From: a virus
Taxonomy: Duplodnaviria > Caudoviricetes
Direction: 5' to 3' (one strand)
DNA length: 64,000 nucleotides
IMG/VR virus record: IMGVR_UViG_3300037470_000126
Span: 1-64,000 of that record
The first letter of the stretch is position 1. Every line of letters starts with the position of its first letter. Positions 7,236-16,529 of this stretch are shown here, piece after piece. The notes beneath the pieces are model-generated. The model saw only the letters and a list, made by a program, of their open reading frames with translations, was not told the origin of the DNA and did no database searches. A program made the translations under genes and the position numbers.

Positions 7236-9662
7236 GTGGCAGCTACATTCACTGAGGAACAGCGGGCAGACGAGGCAATCAAGTTCTTCCAGACCCTGTA
7301 CGGCAAGAGGAAGGTATCACTAGCGCGGGCTACAATTCGGGACCGAGGTAAGACCACCCAGACCTTTGCCGAGAGCCCGGGTCGGTTTAAGCCTTGGTCC
7401 ATGAGTCTTCGCGGCCACGTTCGCTCCATGCTCAAAAAGGCTGATCAGGGAGTGGAGATCTTCTATGCTCCCACTCCCATGTCAGGTACCAGGGGGCGTA
7501 AGCAAAGCCAAGCTCTTCCCAATAATGTGATGTATGGCGATGCCGACAACGGGCTCACAGTGGACGTTAAGGCTCGTCTCATTGAGCTTGGCGCTTGTCT
7601 CGTGCGATCAGGAGGTACAACCGAGGATGGCCACCCCAAGTACCATGTATACCTCCTACTAACTCACGAGATTGACGCGGCCGAGCTAAAAGAGCTTAAC
7701 CGCGGTCTCATGGTATTCATTGACGGGGACAGTAAGTTCGACCCCACTACTCTCCTCCGCGTTCCCGGCACAAGGAATCACAAGTACGCCAAGGGGGGTC
7801 CCCAGTCATCCCCTGTTGTTCGTGTGGAGCGCTACGCGGATAAACGCCATGATCCCGCCGATATGACCTCTGAGTTCGGTGTGGGAGAGAGGTCAGTTTC
7901 AGCCAAGGGGATGTCCCCCGATGGTTATCCTCTTCCTGAGGTCCCCGAGTCATTCAACCACCTAGACAATAAGCCCGGGTATGCCCACGTCCGAAGAGTG
8001 GTTAAACTTTGGAATGGCAGGTGGGACGATCCCACCCAGCTTATCCAACGCCACAAGGCAGCCGCTGCCATTGTAGGAGAGTCTCTTACACAAGACCTGT
8101 CCATGGATGAGGCATACGCTTTCGCGTCCATGTGTGAGCCCCTGTTGGACAAACAGGAAGACGAGAACGGCTATAACATCCAGGCCGATGTAGCCAAGCA
8201 GTGGGCGGAGATGCCCATAAAGCGCAAGGTTAAAGAGAAGGTCACTCCCACCCCTAGTTCCACTCCGAGCCCGACACCGACTTCCGCAACATTCGCCGGC
8301 TCCCCCAAGCTAGACTCACGGTTCCCATTCCAGGTACCCAATCTGGATGAGCTCCTGTCCGGCGAATATGTGCCGTTGGAGCCTACACTCGTACCATGCG
8401 GCTCGTTCTTCCTTCTGTATGCGGGTAAGTCTCACAGCCTCGTGGCTGACCGAAGCGTCGGCAAAACCCTGATCGCCATTGCCATGGTTCAGCAGATTAT
8501 GAAGGCTGGTGGCCGTGTGGCTTACTTCGACTTTGAGGACAGCCCCGATACATTCATCCGTGACCGTATGATGAACCAGTACGGCATTACCGCGGAACAG
8601 GTCAGGAACCAGTTCCTATACGTGGGTGGTTCGGTTGCCGAACTTGACGTGATGGAGGCCGACGAGGGTACCGCATACCTGGCTGAGCAGATCAAGGACT
8701 GGGACCTCGTCATCATTGACGGCGTGTCTGCATCCATGGGTGATCTGGACGGCGACTGGGACGGCAATAAGGACGTGGACTACAAGAAGTGGCACAAGAT
8801 CATGGTCCAGCCCTTCCTGGATCAAGGTATCGCCACCCTCCAGCTTGACCACTCGACCAAGAATGCTGCCCGTGCCGGCGGTACCATGCAGAAAGGCGCC
8901 AAGCTCACTGGTGTGGAATACCAAGTCAGAGTCGATGGCCCCAATGGTTTCACCATCGGCCGTACAGGTAAGGTGATCATTGAGGCCGTAAAGGACCGCG
9001 TGGGTCGCATCTCCAAGCACCGACGTACCACACCACCCGTTGGTCATGACTCTAAGTCCGACTGGCCGTGGAACGATATTGCCACGTTCACCCTCACGTC
9101 AGACGGCGATGGCAAGATCACCCAAGCTGAGTTCGAGCCAATCAACTACAAGGACAGTGCCCCCGCCCAGAGCAATGTCCCGTATCAGCCCACACAGGCT
9201 GAAACCCATGTGATCAATACCCTTCAAAATTATGGCCAGCCCATCGCCAAGACTAACCTGGTTAAGCTGACCAAGAGAAACCGTCAAGACACTCTCCGCC
9301 TTATCGACAGCATGGTGGATCGAGGCTTGATTGGCATTCATCGAGAGGGGTCACGAGGTACTAAGCTCATTCCTATTGCCAATGCCCCCACCCCAACATC
9401 GAGCGACGGCCAAGCCGAACTAGACTTCTCCCAGGTTGATCGAAAGCCCAAGGCAGCTAAGCGGAGGCTAGACTGCCACAACTGTGGGGATCACCACTAC
9501 TACCCAGAGGAGTTCGTCCAGGCCGACGATATCGGTTACCAGCCCAACCGGCGTACCTGTCGCTCGTGTGCAGACGAAGGGATCCCCCGAGACGGCGCAG
9601 AATGGGCCCGTGGGATCCGCGAGAGCATCGACCGCGACTCTGATACTGACGAGGGCAGTTGA
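7236..9662 (+). CDS. DNA primase/helicase (RepB-like primase + RecA/AAA_25-type helicase)
   Basis: Primase motifs MYGDAD, SGG..KYHVY and LLRVPGTRNHK; Walker A variant ADRSVGKT; YFDFED; Walker B LVIIDG; C-terminal CHNC..CRSC. Confidence 0.88.
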   Translation: MAATFTEEQRADEAIKFFQTLYGKRKVSLARATIRDRGKTTQTFAESPGRFKPWSMSLRGHVRSMLKKADQGVEIFYAPTPMSGTRGRKQSQALPNNVMYGDADNGLTVDVKARLIELGACLVRSGGTTEDGHPKYHVYLLLTHEIDAAELKELNRGLMVFIDGDSKFDPTTLLRVPGTRNHKYAKGGPQSSPVVRVERYADKRHDPADMTSEFGVGERSVSAKGMSPDGYPLPEVPESFNHLDNKPGYAHVRRVVKLWNGRWDDPTQLIQRHKAAAAIVGESLTQDLSMDEAYAFASMCEPLLDKQEDENGYNIQADVAKQWAEMPIKRKVKEKVTPTPSSTPSPTPTSATFAGSPKLDSRFPFQVPNLDELLSGEYVPLEPTLVPCGSFFLLYAGKSHSLVADRSVGKTLIAIAMVQQIMKAGGRVAYFDFEDSPDTFIRDRMMNQYGITAEQVRNQFLYVGGSVAELDVMEADEGTAYLAEQIKDWDLVIIDGVSASMGDLDGDWDGNKDVDYKKWHKIMVQPFLDQGIATLQLDHSTKNAARAGGTMQKGAKLTGVEYQVRVDGPNGFTIGRTGKVIIEAVKDRVGRISKHRRTTPPVGHDSKSDWPWNDIATFTLTSDGDGKITQAEFEPINYKDSAPAQSNVPYQPTQAETHVINTLQNYGQPIAKTNLVKLTKRNRQDTLRLIDSMVDRGLIGIHREGSRGTKLIPIANAPTPTSSDGQAELDFSQVDRKPKAAKRRLDCHNCGDHHYYPEEFVQADDIGYQPNRRTCRSCADEGIPRDGAEWARGIRESIDRDSDTDEGS

Positions 9663-9705
9663 TCTCTCCTAACGCGCTCTCAGGGCTTTTCTCGCACTTC
9701 CGTAG

Positions 9706-9735
9706 TTGACCCGCACGCACCCACCAGTATAAGAT
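9706..9735 (+). promoter_or_regulatory. Promoter, probably leaderless
   Basis: TTGACC-N18-TAAGAT-N6-ATG(9742). Confidence 0.7.
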
Positions 9736-9741
9736 CGAGTC

Positions 9742-10197
9742 ATGTCACCGACACTGAGTACCCTCCTCCGTGACCCGGCTTACAAGGCGTACTTCCGTCG
9801 CCAGCCGGTGCTCCCGAAGAACCTGTACCACCCTGCGCCCTTCCGCGTCTGGGGCCTCCGCGTGGACGGTCGCTGGGCTGGCAAGGCTGTCCCGAGCTAC
9901 CCCGAAGGGTTCGAGCTGGCCAAGAAGATGCTTCGCTCCGACTCATTCCAGGACGTGTCCATCTCATCTCGTGTCGTCGGGTTCAAGCCTCCGGAGAACC
10001 TTCGAGACGAGTACAGGGCCCGCGGCTATGACTGGTGCATCATGTGCCGGCGTCCCACACACTTCGCTCCCAAGCGCAAGCACCACGCGCTCCGCGACGA
10101 CCTCCACCGCTACTTCTCGCACCAGCCTGTCTGTCCCTACTGCGGGATTCGTGAGGAGACCATGATTCACGGAAACGTCACCATCGGGAAAAACTAA
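9742..10197 (+). CDS. Hypothetical protein with a C-terminal Zn finger
   Basis: CIMCRRP...VCPYCG. Confidence 0.8.
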   Translation: MSPTLSTLLRDPAYKAYFRRQPVLPKNLYHPAPFRVWGLRVDGRWAGKAVPSYPEGFELAKKMLRSDSFQDVSISSRVVGFKPPENLRDEYRARGYDWCIMCRRPTHFAPKRKHHALRDDLHRYFSHQPVCPYCGIREETMIHGNVTIGKN

Positions 10198-10220
10198 TCC
10201 ACGTAAGGAGTCAGGCGACC

Positions 10221-10607
10221 GTGTCGAATATCGTACCGGTCCTCCATCTTCTGGGTCTTCCGCTCACCGCGGGAGTCCCGGAGGTGCTGGAGGCCATCAA
10301 AGCTCAGCAGCGGCAGATGGACACCCAGAAACGCAAAGCCGACGCCATGGAGGAAGCGTGGGCGACTGAGCACGCACGAGTCCAGCGGGCAGAGAACCCC
10401 GACAACTGGCGCGCCACCTGGGCGGGTGACCCCAGTACAGAGGACGTGGACACTACGGTACTGGATCACGGCAACCTCATCACTCTTGACCACGGTACCG
10501 GGCAGGTGCTCATGCACTTCCGCCCCTGCTGTCAGAACCTCCGCTGTGAGTGTACCCGACGTCAATTCCCCGGCGGGTACTGCGACTGCCACGAGAACGA
10601 CGAGTGA
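10221..10607 (+). CDS. Hypothetical protein with a Cys-rich C-terminus
   Basis: AAGGAG RBS then GTG; PCCQNLRCEC...YCDCH. Confidence 0.7.
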   Translation: MSNIVPVLHLLGLPLTAGVPEVLEAIKAQQRQMDTQKRKADAMEEAWATEHARVQRAENPDNWRATWAGDPSTEDVDTTVLDHGNLITLDHGTGQVLMHFRPCCQNLRCECTRRQFPGGYCDCHENDE

Positions 10608-10622
10608 GGACAGCAGACTTCC

Positions 10623-12134
10623 ATGGCCAAGACGGTCTACCGCTTCAAGACAAGGCCCTACGCTCATCAGAAGGAGGCCCTTCGTAAGCTCATAAGCAAC
10701 CGCTATGGCGGAGCATTGCTCATGGAGCCACGTACAGGTAAGACCAAAACCACCATCGACTATATGTCCATGCTCCACATGAAGCGTGGCGTACGTCGAT
10801 TCCTCGTGGTTTGCCCGACACGAGTCATGGGCGTATGGGCCGAGGAGCTCCACAACCACTGCCCGTACATGGTCCAGACGATCATCTGGGACTCTCGCAC
10901 GCGGCGCAAGATGCCTACGCTCCCGGACAGTCTCGGACCGTACGACATGCAGGTGGTGGTAATCAATTACGAGGCCTTTGCCACACCAGGCAGGAAGCTC
11001 CCGTCTGGTCGTCGCTCCAAGGCTACGGGGCGGTTCAAGACGAGGAAGACCCTGCTAGACTGGTCCAGCCTTGGGGGAGACCGCAAGAACGACCGTAACA
11101 CCTGCATGATCCTGGACGAGTCGCACAAGATCAAGAGTCCATCTGGTAAGGCGGCCATGATGGTCGTGTCCATGCAGGGGTATTTTGGCTGGCGGGTGAT
11201 CCTCACCGGCACGCCTGTCACCAAGGCCAAGAAGATCGCCGACCTCTACATGCAGTGGAAGTTCCTAAATCCCGCGCGTCTCCGTGAGCTGGGCATCCAG
11301 ACCCATGCTGACATGCAGGACATGACGGGGAAGTGGATCGACCGCAATGGCTACCCACAGTTTGTGGGAACCAAGCGTCAAGGTCTGGACGCGGTCCATG
11401 CAGCGATTTTCAAGGACTCCTACGCCATCAAGCGGTCAGAGTGCTTTGACCTGCCGCCCCGCGAGAACATCCGCGAGTATGTACGGCTCAAGGGCGAGAG
11501 TGCGCGGGTGTACGACCAGCTAGCCGAGGAGATGGTCGCCAGACTGGAGAACGGCGAGATTACGGAGGCATCCATCGCTCTCGTCCTCGCTCTCCGTCTG
11601 TCACAGATCACAGGTGGCACGACCAAGACCACGGAAGGCAACATCGTCCGTGTCGGCAAAGAGAAGCTGGACGCTCTCAAACCCCATCTAGAGGACGCTC
11701 TGGACCGAGAGGAAAAGCTGGTCATCGCCGCACGGTTCAAGTCAGACATGGACGCTATCGCCAGCATGGCCTCACGTCTCGGCCTGAAGGTGTGGCAGAT
11801 CCGCGGAGGCGTCAAGCGAGCGGAGTCCGACGAGGCAATCCGTGAGTTCCGCAAGCACGATGACGCCGGCGTGATGGTTGTCCAGCCGCAGGCCGCATCC
11901 CTCGGCATCGACCTGAGCACGGCGTCCAAGATGATCTGGTTTTCCCTCACCCCGTCATACGTGGACTTCACTCAGTGCTGCGACCGGATCGCCCTGTCCA
12001 GAAACTCAACCACGTTCGTGTTTCTCCTTGCCGCGGGTACGGTGGACGAACTCCTCATGGAGACCCTGGAGAATGATCACGATGTAGCACAGATGATCAT
12101 CACATCGCCCGAGAAGCTTCTTAGGACCAAGTGA
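10623..12134 (+). CDS. SNF2/DEXD-family helicase
   Basis: MEPRTGKT (motif I), ILDESH (II), LTGTP (III), LGIDL (V), QCCDRI (VI). Confidence 0.93.
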   Translation: MAKTVYRFKTRPYAHQKEALRKLISNRYGGALLMEPRTGKTKTTIDYMSMLHMKRGVRRFLVVCPTRVMGVWAEELHNHCPYMVQTIIWDSRTRRKMPTLPDSLGPYDMQVVVINYEAFATPGRKLPSGRRSKATGRFKTRKTLLDWSSLGGDRKNDRNTCMILDESHKIKSPSGKAAMMVVSMQGYFGWRVILTGTPVTKAKKIADLYMQWKFLNPARLRELGIQTHADMQDMTGKWIDRNGYPQFVGTKRQGLDAVHAAIFKDSYAIKRSECFDLPPRENIREYVRLKGESARVYDQLAEEMVARLENGEITEASIALVLALRLSQITGGTTKTTEGNIVRVGKEKLDALKPHLEDALDREEKLVIAARFKSDMDAIASMASRLGLKVWQIRGGVKRAESDEAIREFRKHDDAGVMVVQPQAASLGIDLSTASKMIWFSLTPSYVDFTQCCDRIALSRNSTTFVFLLAAGTVDELLMETLENDHDVAQMIITSPEKLLRTK

Positions 12135-12640
12135 TGCCCCTTATCGAGGAGGGACAACTCACCCTTGAATGTTCCGATTGCAAAGAGGAGTTGCCCATCG
12201 AGAGGTTCCGAATAGAGCACAAGGAGGCTTATCCGGACTGTAGTTACCGCAGCAAGCGGTGCGATCCTTGCCGACGTGCGTGGCGTATGGGTGCTGCGGA
12301 CAGGAAAGCTCTTAACCTGGCCCGAGGTACCACGAGAGTAGTCAATCCCCGGGCCACGTTCTATGCCAGAGGTAGAGTATATGGTCTTACTCCTGACGCC
12401 CTGGATCAACTGGTTGTGGATTCATGCGGCCTCTGTGCCGTCTGCCTAAACCAGTTCGCTCGAATTAGGGAACCACAGATCGACCACTGTCACGCCACGA
12501 ACGTGGTTAGGGAATTGCTGTGTCAGAAGTGCAATCTCCTAGTGGGAGCTATTGAGAATAGCCCTAAGGATCTCCGAGCTGCCGTTAGGTACATCAAGAA
12601 GCATCGAGCCGCAGAGAAGGGCGTATCGTCAACGACATGA
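12134..12640 (+). CDS. Endonuclease VII-family HNH (free-standing homing endonuclease)
   Basis: CSDC..C N-terminal finger; CAVC...IDHCHATNVVRELLCQKCNLLVG; lower-GC codon usage; overlaps both neighbours. Confidence 0.9.
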   Translation: MPLIEEGQLTLECSDCKEELPIERFRIEHKEAYPDCSYRSKRCDPCRRAWRMGAADRKALNLARGTTRVVNPRATFYARGRVYGLTPDALDQLVVDSCGLCAVCLNQFARIREPQIDHCHATNVVRELLCQKCNLLVGAIENSPKDLRAAVRYIKKHRAAEKGVSSTT

Positions 12641-13251
12641 GCACACGCAGCAATCGGCACGTAGTGGTAGAGGGACCTGACGGCGCGGGCAAGTCGACCG
12701 TTGTCAAGCACCTGTCCACGATCACCGACACTCCCGTGGCACGTCGTATCTCCGATTCCATCCGTGGCGTAAAGGGGAAGGATCTCCAGGCGTACGTCAA
12801 CCAGGACATGGGCGAGTGGGCGAACTACGCGTCCGCCGACCCCCAGGTCAACCGGTCGACCTACTCCTCGTTCCACACCCACCGTTCGTCGCACATCTAC
12901 GACCGTTACCCGCTCATCTCCGAGCCGATCTATGGTCTCCACGTGCGCAAGTCGCCGCAGCCGGCATTCCTCACCGGCTGGTATCGAGACAAGTGGCGGG
13001 AGTTCCTGGCCCATGACCCGCTCGTGATCTGGTGTCTCCCGCCGTACGACGAGGTAGCCAAGCATGTGCACCCGGACAGGGATATGGACGGCGTCTGGTC
13101 GAACCTATTGCCGCTGTACCGTGCGTACACGTTCGCGGCCCTCACGTTCCCCGGCAAGTCCATCGTGTACGATTACACCAGCGACGAGCCGGGTGGCATG
13201 TCCGAGCCTGGCGATATCGTCGCCGCCGTCTCCCGTCATTTCGAGCAGTGA
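12637..13251 (+). CDS. P-loop (deoxy)nucleoside monophosphate kinase, thymidylate-kinase-like
   Basis: VVEGPDGAGKST; DRYPLISEPIYG. Confidence 0.85.
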   Translation: MSTRSNRHVVVEGPDGAGKSTVVKHLSTITDTPVARRISDSIRGVKGKDLQAYVNQDMGEWANYASADPQVNRSTYSSFHTHRSSHIYDRYPLISEPIYGLHVRKSPQPAFLTGWYRDKWREFLAHDPLVIWCLPPYDEVAKHVHPDRDMDGVWSNLLPLYRAYTFAALTFPGKSIVYDYTSDEPGGMSEPGDIVAAVSRHFEQ

Positions 13252-13259
13252 GGACCAAC

Positions 13260-14015
13260 ATGACCAACCCCGACCCGATTGAGAACGCCCTCCGTGAGTT
13301 CTCCTGGGACAACTACGGCATGGACGGCGTCTCGTACGCACTGGACGCGGACCCCGACGCTCAGGAATGGGTGCCGGATCTCGCCAAGAAGATCCGCGGT
13401 GCCATCGCCGAACGCTCGGTCGACCCCACGCCGGCTTTCTCCCAGCGGATCGCTCTGGGCGCCTCTCAGGACCCGAACGAGGTTCGTACACCCTTCGACA
13501 TGCTCCGGCAGGTGTTCGCGTCTCAGGACCACTTCCAGCGCCTCCTGGGGTACAACCGTGACGACATGACGGTGGAAGAGAGGGTCGAATACCTCAAGGG
13601 TCAGATCATGGCTCTCCAGGCAGAGACCGTCGAGGCTCTGGACGAGATGAGTTGGAAGCCGTGGACTCACGGCGAGAAGTTCGTCAACAGGGAGGCCATG
13701 GCGGGGGAGTTGGCGGACATCTTCTGCTTCCTCGTGAACATCGCCTGGGGTATCAGCCTCACCGCCGAGGACTTCTACACGTACCACCAGGAGAAGGCCC
13801 TCCGCAACATCAAGCGGCAGGAGGACAAGTACGACGGCGTCCAGGACAAGTGCCCCGGCTGTCGGCGTGATATCAACGACCTCAAGGCCAAGAACATTCC
13901 CGTTGGTACGCTCGGGGGTGTAGACTACTGCTCTCCGGAGTGCATCGTGAAGGTGAACCCCCACATGGACGGTTCACTCCAGAGTTCCATGTTCCACACC
14001 AACCAGGAGTCCTGA
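13260..14015 (+). CDS. All-alpha dNTP pyrophosphatase (dimeric dUTPase/dCTPase, MazG-like)
   Basis: ETVEALDE.SWKPW; ELADIFCF; K...N..RQ...Y. Confidence 0.85.
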   Translation: MTNPDPIENALREFSWDNYGMDGVSYALDADPDAQEWVPDLAKKIRGAIAERSVDPTPAFSQRIALGASQDPNEVRTPFDMLRQVFASQDHFQRLLGYNRDDMTVEERVEYLKGQIMALQAETVEALDEMSWKPWTHGEKFVNREAMAGELADIFCFLVNIAWGISLTAEDFYTYHQEKALRNIKRQEDKYDGVQDKCPGCRRDINDLKAKNIPVGTLGGVDYCSPECIVKVNPHMDGSLQSSMFHTNQES

Positions 14016-14019
14016 ATCC

Positions 14020-15072
14020 ATGGCGCATCTCTTCCAGTCCCCGACGGCCAATGACCTCATGCGGGACGTGACCACTCGCCTGGTCTACGGAGCCCACCCC
14101 GACGCCGCGGCCGACTTGCCCGCCGGTGAACAGCCTGTGGACATGGTCTCGTCCGTGGACACGCACCTCCTGAACGTCGTGGCCGAGGCCGACTCGTTCC
14201 AGTGGGGTTTCAATCTCAAGGACGCATGGCTGACCAAGGCCAGGTTCAACACCCTTATCCGCCAGTACATCGACCCTGTAGCCACGGAGAACTGGCTGGA
14301 CACTGTCCAAGCCAAGCTCGGCAAGCGCAAGCGGGGCACTGCCGTCATGCGTACGAACCTCGTCCAGAAGCGCGGCAACACGAACCGGCCCAGCCGACAG
14401 TGGGGCTCCTGTATGCTGGCGATCTCGTTCCGCCGCGTACCTGTGCCCCAGATCACGCTGTACTCCAGGACCTCGTACTTCGGGTACATCGGATACCTGG
14501 ACATGACCGCGGCTCACGTTCTCGCCAGGGAAGTCTCCAAGCGGGTCGGAGTCCCTGTCGAGGACATGAGGTTCGTGTGGCAGATCGAGGACGCCCAGTG
14601 GAGCTGGAAGTCCCTCTCGTACATGTTCCAGTCCGAGGAGCGTGCACAGCGCCTCTGGCGGGCGCGTGAGGAGCTAATGGACGACGAACAGGCCGACATC
14701 CTGTACGAGCGTCACCCGGGTCTGTTCGTCGCCGCTCTGTGGTTCGACCGCTTCCTCCTGGAAGACGAGGAAAACGTTAAGTACGGCGACATGACCTGGG
14801 GTGGCTGTGCGCGTGTGCGCCGGCGCTATCACACCGAGGTTCACGGCCCCCAGTTCGGCAAGAAGTGGGAGGGCTGGGATGGTGTGGGAAAGCTTCGCGG
14901 TCAGTCCAAGACCTTCCCGCCGCTGCCCTCGTGCCACTCGGACACCCTCGACCTGTCCGCCCTGCGGAAGCTCAAGAAGGAGCCGTCCGAGGAAGAGCGG
15001 GCGACCATGGCCAACTTCACTGAGGACGGGTGCGAATGCCTGTATGGAGACACGGGGGCCGAGGACGTATGA
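14020..15072 (+). CDS. Divergent thymidylate-synthase-fold protein
   Basis: GSCMLAISF...ITLYSRTSYFGYIGYLD parallels the TS core PC...QF...L...RSxDxxxGxxxN/D; catalytic Cys retained; Asp at the base-specificity position. Confidence 0.65.
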   Translation: MAHLFQSPTANDLMRDVTTRLVYGAHPDAAADLPAGEQPVDMVSSVDTHLLNVVAEADSFQWGFNLKDAWLTKARFNTLIRQYIDPVATENWLDTVQAKLGKRKRGTAVMRTNLVQKRGNTNRPSRQWGSCMLAISFRRVPVPQITLYSRTSYFGYIGYLDMTAAHVLAREVSKRVGVPVEDMRFVWQIEDAQWSWKSLSYMFQSEERAQRLWRAREELMDDEQADILYERHPGLFVAALWFDRFLLEDEENVKYGDMTWGGCARVRRRYHTEVHGPQFGKKWEGWDGVGKLRGQSKTFPPLPSCHSDTLDLSALRKLKKEPSEEERATMANFTEDGCECLYGDTGAEDV

Positions 15073-15974
15073 CCATTCGAGAGAGCTGGCCGTCCGCTCG
15101 CTATGACTTTGCCATGCGTCTGTTGGCAGCGGATCCGGTCTACGTCGGCGAGTGGCAGTCACAGAAAGACGTGACCGGCGCCAACACCACATACGAGGTG
15201 CTTAACGCCTCGTTCCAGATGCCTATGCCCCAGACCGCGGAAGAGGCCGCTCGGGTCGTCGGCGCGAACCTCCCGTGGGCCGAGGATCACTTCCAGGAGC
15301 GTGTCGGGGGAAAGCCTCTCAACCCTCCGCCGTCGAATGCATGGTGGCCGTTCAATGTAGACGGCAACGCCCTGCACAAGGCAGAGGACAAGTTCTCCCA
15401 CACCTACCCCGAGCGTTACTGGCCGAAGTTCGCCAACGTCGGTGAGACCCGGCCGAACGGCCGTCAGGTATTCGTTCCGCACAACGGGGTCCGATTCGAG
15501 TACGGCGACCTGGGTGACGTGGTGGATCTTCTCCAGCGCTCTCCGTACACGAGGCAGGCATATCTCCCCGTGTGGTTCCCGGAAGACACTGGCTCGGTCG
15601 ACGGGCAGCGTGTGCCGTGCACTCTCGGCTATCAGTTCATCATTCGCGAGGGTGCAGCCGGCAAGCGTCTCCATATCATCTACAACATGAGGTCCTGTGA
15701 CTTCATGCGCCACCTGGCGGATGACATCTACATGACCATCCGTCTGGCTCAGTGGGTGCGTGACCGTCTGCCGTCGGAGTACGACGACGACCCGGACAAC
15801 CCGTTCGCCGGCATGACGCTCGGGACTCTGTACTTCCACGCCGGCTCGCTCCACATCTTCGAGCCGGACAGGCACGCCCTCGCGGTGATCGTGAAGGACA
15901 TGACCTCGGCGTACACCAGCCGTCTCACCCAGTACGCCAGCGGCAACGGAGGTCCCACGACTGATGAAGCCTAA
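15069..15974 (+). CDS. Thymidylate-synthase-family enzyme, probably dCMP hydroxymethylase/methylase
   Basis: TRQA..W; VPCTLGYQF; NMRSCDFMRHLADD, with Asp at the position equivalent to E. coli TS Asn177, as in T4 gp42. Confidence 0.85.
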   Translation: MTIRESWPSARYDFAMRLLAADPVYVGEWQSQKDVTGANTTYEVLNASFQMPMPQTAEEAARVVGANLPWAEDHFQERVGGKPLNPPPSNAWWPFNVDGNALHKAEDKFSHTYPERYWPKFANVGETRPNGRQVFVPHNGVRFEYGDLGDVVDLLQRSPYTRQAYLPVWFPEDTGSVDGQRVPCTLGYQFIIREGAAGKRLHIIYNMRSCDFMRHLADDIYMTIRLAQWVRDRLPSEYDDDPDNPFAGMTLGTLYFHAGSLHIFEPDRHALAVIVKDMTSAYTSRLTQYASGNGGPTTDEA

Positions 15975-16104
15975 CCGAGACACGACACTGATGGGTGTGG
16001 CACGCCTCTGGGCGGAACACTCCACGTGCTCTCGTCTGGCGGTAGGAGCGGTCATCTCTCGGGATGGCCGCTCCTTCTCGACCCACTCCAAGGACACCCG
16101 ATGA
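15964..16104 (+). pseudogene. Truncated 5' fragment of dCMP deaminase
   Basis: MKPNRDTTLMGVARLWAEHSTCSRLAVGAVISRDGRSFSTHSKDTR* aligns with the N-terminus of 16510-16974 and stops just before GYNG. Confidence 0.85.
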
Positions 16105-16529
16105 CAACTGAAACACCCGATTCCAAGGTTTGCCGCGGTTGCAGAAAGGTGCTGCCCTTTGATCAGTTCCACAGGGCAGCTAAATACCGCTCGGGTTTGG
16201 CTAGTCAGTGCAAGGCCTGCAAGGCAAAGCGTCAAAAGGCTCGTGGCCAACAGGCTCAACAACTGAGGCATAGGTACGGCATTGACTTGCCCGAATATGA
16301 GGCCCTGGCCCAAGCACAAGATCACAAATGTGCCATCTGCCTACAGCCGGAAACCCGTCGGCACAGGTTCGGCGATGAACCCAAGAGCTTGGCCGTGGAC
16401 CACGACCACGGGACCGGCCGAGTAAGGGGGTTGTTGTGTGACAACTGCAACAACATGCTGGGCCGGGCAAAGGACAACCCCGACATCTTGAGAAGGGCGG
16501 CCGAGTACCTTGAGACCCCCCAGGGATGA
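16101..16529 (+). mobile_element. Endonuclease VII-family homing endonuclease inserted in the dCMP deaminase locus
   Basis: CRGC...CKAC; CAIC...VDHDHGTGRVRGLLCDNCNNMLG; ATGA overlap with the fragment's stop. Confidence 0.9.

Noticed and set aside
15069-15974. Ordinary thymidylate synthase or dUMP hydroxymethylase (hmU DNA)
   Set aside because: The specificity residue is Asp rather than Asn. The deaminase and UDG-like domain are also compatible with hmU phages, so this remains a minority alternative until tested.
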